The notes under the pieces were generated by a model, which saw only the letters and a list, made by a program, of their open reading frames with translations, made no database searches and was not told the DNA's origin. A program made the translations under genes and the position numbers. A stretch of DNA of 48,487 nt from Bacteroidia bacterium (lineage in GTDB: Bacteria; Bacteroidota; Bacteroidia; AKYH767-A; OLB10): assembly GCA_013001815.1 (NCBI GenBank), contig JABDLV010000227.1:1-48487 (forward strand). The letters run 5' to 3'. Positions 45,877 to 48,487 of the stretch are shown here, piece by piece; position 1 is the stretch's first letter; each line of letters opens with the position of its first letter.

Positions 45877-47240
45877 CAATTTTTTTGTGGCTTATTAGGT
45901 CCCTGTTTGGGCTTTCCTTGATTGTTGTTTTTGTTTCTGTTTCTATTTCTGTTGCGATTGCTGTTTTTGTTTCCACCACCACTTTTGTTTCCTGTGTTTC
46001 CGCCCTGTTTATTTGTATTTCCGCCTTGCTTATTTGTGTTCCCACCTTGTCTATTTGCGTTTCCGCCTTTGTTTCTATTGCTGGGTGTTTTCTTTCGGTT
46101 TTTGTTTGGTCTTTTTTTCTTCTTTTTCAAAATTCCCAAACTCTGCTGCCCAACTACATCTGCATAATCAACAGTTTCCGTTTCAATATAAGAAGCCATA
46201 TCTACCAGCTCATCAGGTTGATTTCCTTCTTTGTTCAATTCAATAATTTCCTTTACTCTATCTACGCTAATGGGTACCCAAGTATTGTTTATTGGAGCAC
46301 TGTCTTTTTTATCCGGGTCAGGTGTAAACACATAATAGTACCACATCATCCGTTTGAAAATATCGGTTTTCATGTGCTTTGCTTTCCCCTTTTTGGTAAG
46401 CAGTTCTTTTTTTGTATTCGGAAAATCGCTTATCGCATCTAAGTACGTATCGAGCTCATAATTTAAACAACACTTCAGTTTTCCGCATTGGCCGGCAAGC
46501 TTAACCGGATTTAATGAAAGATTTTGATAACGTGCTGCACTGGTAGAAACGGCCTTAAAATCCGTTAACCAGGTAGAACAGCATAACTCTCTTCCGCAAG
46601 AACCAATTCCCCCTAATCTACTCGCTTCTTGACGAATGCCAATTTGCTTCATTTCAATTCTAACCTTAAAATTATCGGCTAGTTTTTTAATCAGCTCTCT
46701 AAAATCTACTCTTCCATCAGCAGTGTAATAAAAAATTGCTTTCTTCCCATCAGCCTGGTACTCCACATCACTCAGTTTCATATTCAATTTTAAAGCAATG
46801 GCAATTTGCCTCGCTTTAATCATTGTTTCATGCTCTCTTTCTCGAACTGCGTTCCATTTTTCAATGTCGCTTTCCCGAGCATTTCTATATACTAGTTTGT
46901 ATCGTTCAGGTTCTAATGCTTGCTTTTTCTTGGTCAATTGAAAACGCACTAATTCACCAGTCATAGAAACGGTACCCAAATCATGTCCGGGTGAAGCTTC
47001 TACAGCAATCACATCGCCTTCTTTTAAACGAAAGTGGTCTTTGTTGTGAAAAAATTCCTTGCGGCTACCTTTAAACCTTACCTCAATTATTGGAAATGGT
47101 TCCTGGCCTGTTGGCAATGCCATATCAGATAGCCAGTTGTATATATTGAGTTTATTGCATCCATCGGTACCGCATGTGCCATTATTTTTGCAACCTGAAG
47201 GAGAATCTCCTTTACCGGTTGAGCAAGAGCTACATGCCAT
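45876..47240 (-). CDS. PSP1 domain protein (RicT/YaaT-like) with a Cys-rich N-terminus and a long basic low-complexity C-terminal tail
   Basis: PSP1 core (VEVRFKGSRKEFF.., IFYYTADGRVDFRELIKKLA, GKLKCCLNYE). N-terminal CSSC....GC...G.CG..GC. Tail KKKKRPNKNRKK...(GGNTNKQ)n...NRNRNRNRNK. Confidence 0.8.
   Translation of the reverse strand: MACSSCSTGKGDSPSGCKNNGTCGTDGCNKLNIYNWLSDMALPTGQEPFPIIEVRFKGSRKEFFHNKDHFRLKEGDVIAVEASPGHDLGTVSMTGELVRFQLTKKKQALEPERYKLVYRNARESDIEKWNAVREREHETMIKARQIAIALKLNMKLSDVEYQADGKKAIFYYTADGRVDFRELIKKLADNFKVRIEMKQIGIRQEASRLGGIGSCGRELCCSTWLTDFKAVSTSAARYQNLSLNPVKLAGQCGKLKCCLNYELDTYLDAISDFPNTKKELLTKKGKAKHMKTDIFKRMMWYYYVFTPDPDKKDSAPINNTWVPISVDRVKEIIELNKEGNQPDELVDMASYIETETVDYADVVGQQSLGILKKKKKRPNKNRKKTPSNRNKGGNANRQGGNTNKQGGNTNKQGGNTGNKSGGGNKNSNRNRNRNRNKNNNQGKPKQGPNKPQKN
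45997..46080 (-). repeat. Four tandem 21-nt repeats coding (Q/K)GGN(T/A)N(K/R) heptads in the PSP1 tail
   Basis: Plus-strand units tttccgccctgtttatttgta / tttccgccttgcttatttgtg / ttcccaccttgtctatttgcg / tttccgcctttgtttctattg. Confidence 0.85.
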
Positions 47241-47286
47241 GTTTTTCTGTTTTAGTAAGTCATCTTATCTAATCACAACCTTTAAT

Positions 47287-48429
47287 CTAAATCGCCAATT
47301 CTTCTCTTTTGGTGTGTAGATGTTGATGAATCTTCATAGACAAATCTAAGAATAATATTTTAGGGTGGGCATTTCGCTCAATGTGGCTGTAGGCCTTATT
47401 TAGCTCAGAAATTATTCGTTCTGCGTTGTTTTCGTGTATGAATTTGGCAAAAGCCACAAGTTTTTCTTTGTCTTCCTCCCTAATGCTCAATAAGTTTTGT
47501 CCCGAAACACTTATGAGCAAACATTCTCTTAAAACTTCAAGAACAACGTTTATAAATGCTTTTTGATTTTCACGATTCATTGCAGCTATCTGGTCAACCC
47601 AATCCAATAGCTTGTCTGTTTCGCTGCTTGCTTTAAAGCACAATCTCATCCATTCTAAAAAGCTTTCTACATAATCTTCATTTTCCTCGTCTTCCAAAAG
47701 CTCAATAGCCGTTCGGTAATTTCCATTACTTAACTGTGAAATTGTTTTCGCTTTGTTTTCACTTGCTCCTCTTTTTTCTATTAAAGCGTTAGAAATATCT
47801 GTTTTACTAAGTTGGTTAACGGATATTATTTGTGTTCTAGAAACTAAAGTGGGGAGCAAACTCTCAATACTATTAGCAATAAGAATAAAAAAAGTATTAG
47901 CAGGCGGCTCTTCAATAATCTTCAATAGTTTAGTGCTCGCATTTGGTTTTAACTTATCTACATTCCAAATAAAAGAAACCTTGTAAGGTGATTCGAAAGA
48001 CTTTAAATTGAGTTTATGGATAATCTCATTGCTTTCGGTAACGGTGATAAGCGTTTGTTTTTTTTCTGCTTCAATAATATTGTTCCAGTCGTTTAAACTC
48101 ATAAACGAATTTTCCAGAACACTTTCTCTAAATAAATTAACAGTATCGTTACAAGATGATTTGTCATTAACCTTTAAAAACGGAAAGCTAAAATGAACAT
48201 CAGGATGAACTAATTTTTGGTTTTTAATGCATGAAGGACAAGTGCCGCAGCTGTCAGTATCCGATTTGTTTTCGCACATTAAATATTGAGTAAACGCCAA
48301 TGCAAGAGGTAATTTACCGGCACCATCCGGCCCGTTAAACAATAGGGCATGACTCACTCTTCCTTCTTTTATGTTTCGAAGTAATTGCTCTATTAAGCGT
48401 TTGTGGCCAATTATGTCTTTAAACTGCAT
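47287..48429 (-). CDS. holB: DNA polymerase III subunit delta-prime
   Basis: GRVSHALLFNGPDGAGKLPLA (Walker A-like), zinc module C..C..C.SC, SRTQ (SRC-like) motif, 380 aa. Confidence 0.85.
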   Translation of the reverse strand: MQFKDIIGHKRLIEQLLRNIKEGRVSHALLFNGPDGAGKLPLALAFTQYLMCENKSDTDSCGTCPSCIKNQKLVHPDVHFSFPFLKVNDKSSCNDTVNLFRESVLENSFMSLNDWNNIIEAEKKQTLITVTESNEIIHKLNLKSFESPYKVSFIWNVDKLKPNASTKLLKIIEEPPANTFFILIANSIESLLPTLVSRTQIISVNQLSKTDISNALIEKRGASENKAKTISQLSNGNYRTAIELLEDEENEDYVESFLEWMRLCFKASSETDKLLDWVDQIAAMNRENQKAFINVVLEVLRECLLISVSGQNLLSIREEDKEKLVAFAKFIHENNAERIISELNKAYSHIERNAHPKILFLDLSMKIHQHLHTKREELAI

Positions 48430-48487
48430 GTATACTTGCTTATAAGGCTAAAATACAACGGATAATATTATTATCCATTTAAATAGG

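Noticed and set aside
45885-46442. Plus-strand ORFs (45885-46442, 45922-46167, 46013-46246) rich in Phe, Leu, Val and Ser
   Set aside because: These are antisense shadows of the low-complexity Asn/Lys/Gly tail and PSP1 core on the minus strand. Their composition is a repeat artefact.
1-48487. A search for defence or mobile systems (CRISPR-Cas, restriction-modification, toxin-antitoxin, retron/DGR reverse transcriptase, integrase/transposase, phage structural genes)
   Set aside because: No helicase/nuclease/methylase, reverse-transcriptase or recombinase motifs were visible in any supplied translation. No repeat-spacer architecture was found.

Overview
Gene-dense, AT-rich chromosomal segment that reads as Bacteroidota (Flavobacteriia/Cytophagia type). 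Supporting signs: gldH, type-A T9SS C-terminal sorting domains, an IPExxxVDY protein next to pyk, a b558-type sdhCAB operon, TAnnTTTG-type -7 boxes, and no Shine-Dalgarno signals. I count about 45 protein genes plus one tRNA-Phe(GAA). Most are housekeeping: trhO, trpS, plsC, gatC, M16 peptidase, tadA, pyk, M42 peptidase, recJ, acpH, sdhCAB, pepP, gpmI, coaX, lptC, a CNNM/CorC protein, ppiD-like, gldH, a PSP1/RicT-like protein and holB. Four regions look unusual. (i) 27.7-37.5 kb holds a 2009-aa secreted protein with about 20 tandem PKD modules and four fn3-like modules but no T9SS sorting domain. It is preceded by a small secreted protein that is a free-standing copy of the same fn3-like module and followed by a membrane histidine kinase. 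A sigma-region-4-like HTH/helical-repeat protein and a receiver-only response regulator flank it divergently. This is my best candidate for an undescribed regulated surface system. (ii) 6.9-8.2 kb holds three separate genes (PAS-like, kinase ATPase domain only, receiver only) with no phospho-accepting DHp/H-box anywhere. (iii) A T9SS-sorted protein carries a clear lysyl-oxidase-type catalytic domain. (iv) A small T9SS-type secreted protein carries a Kazal-like inhibitor domain. I saw no CRISPR array, transposase, integrase, reverse transcriptase or rRNA. All functional calls come from reading motifs in the supplied translations and the DNA; no database search was possible.
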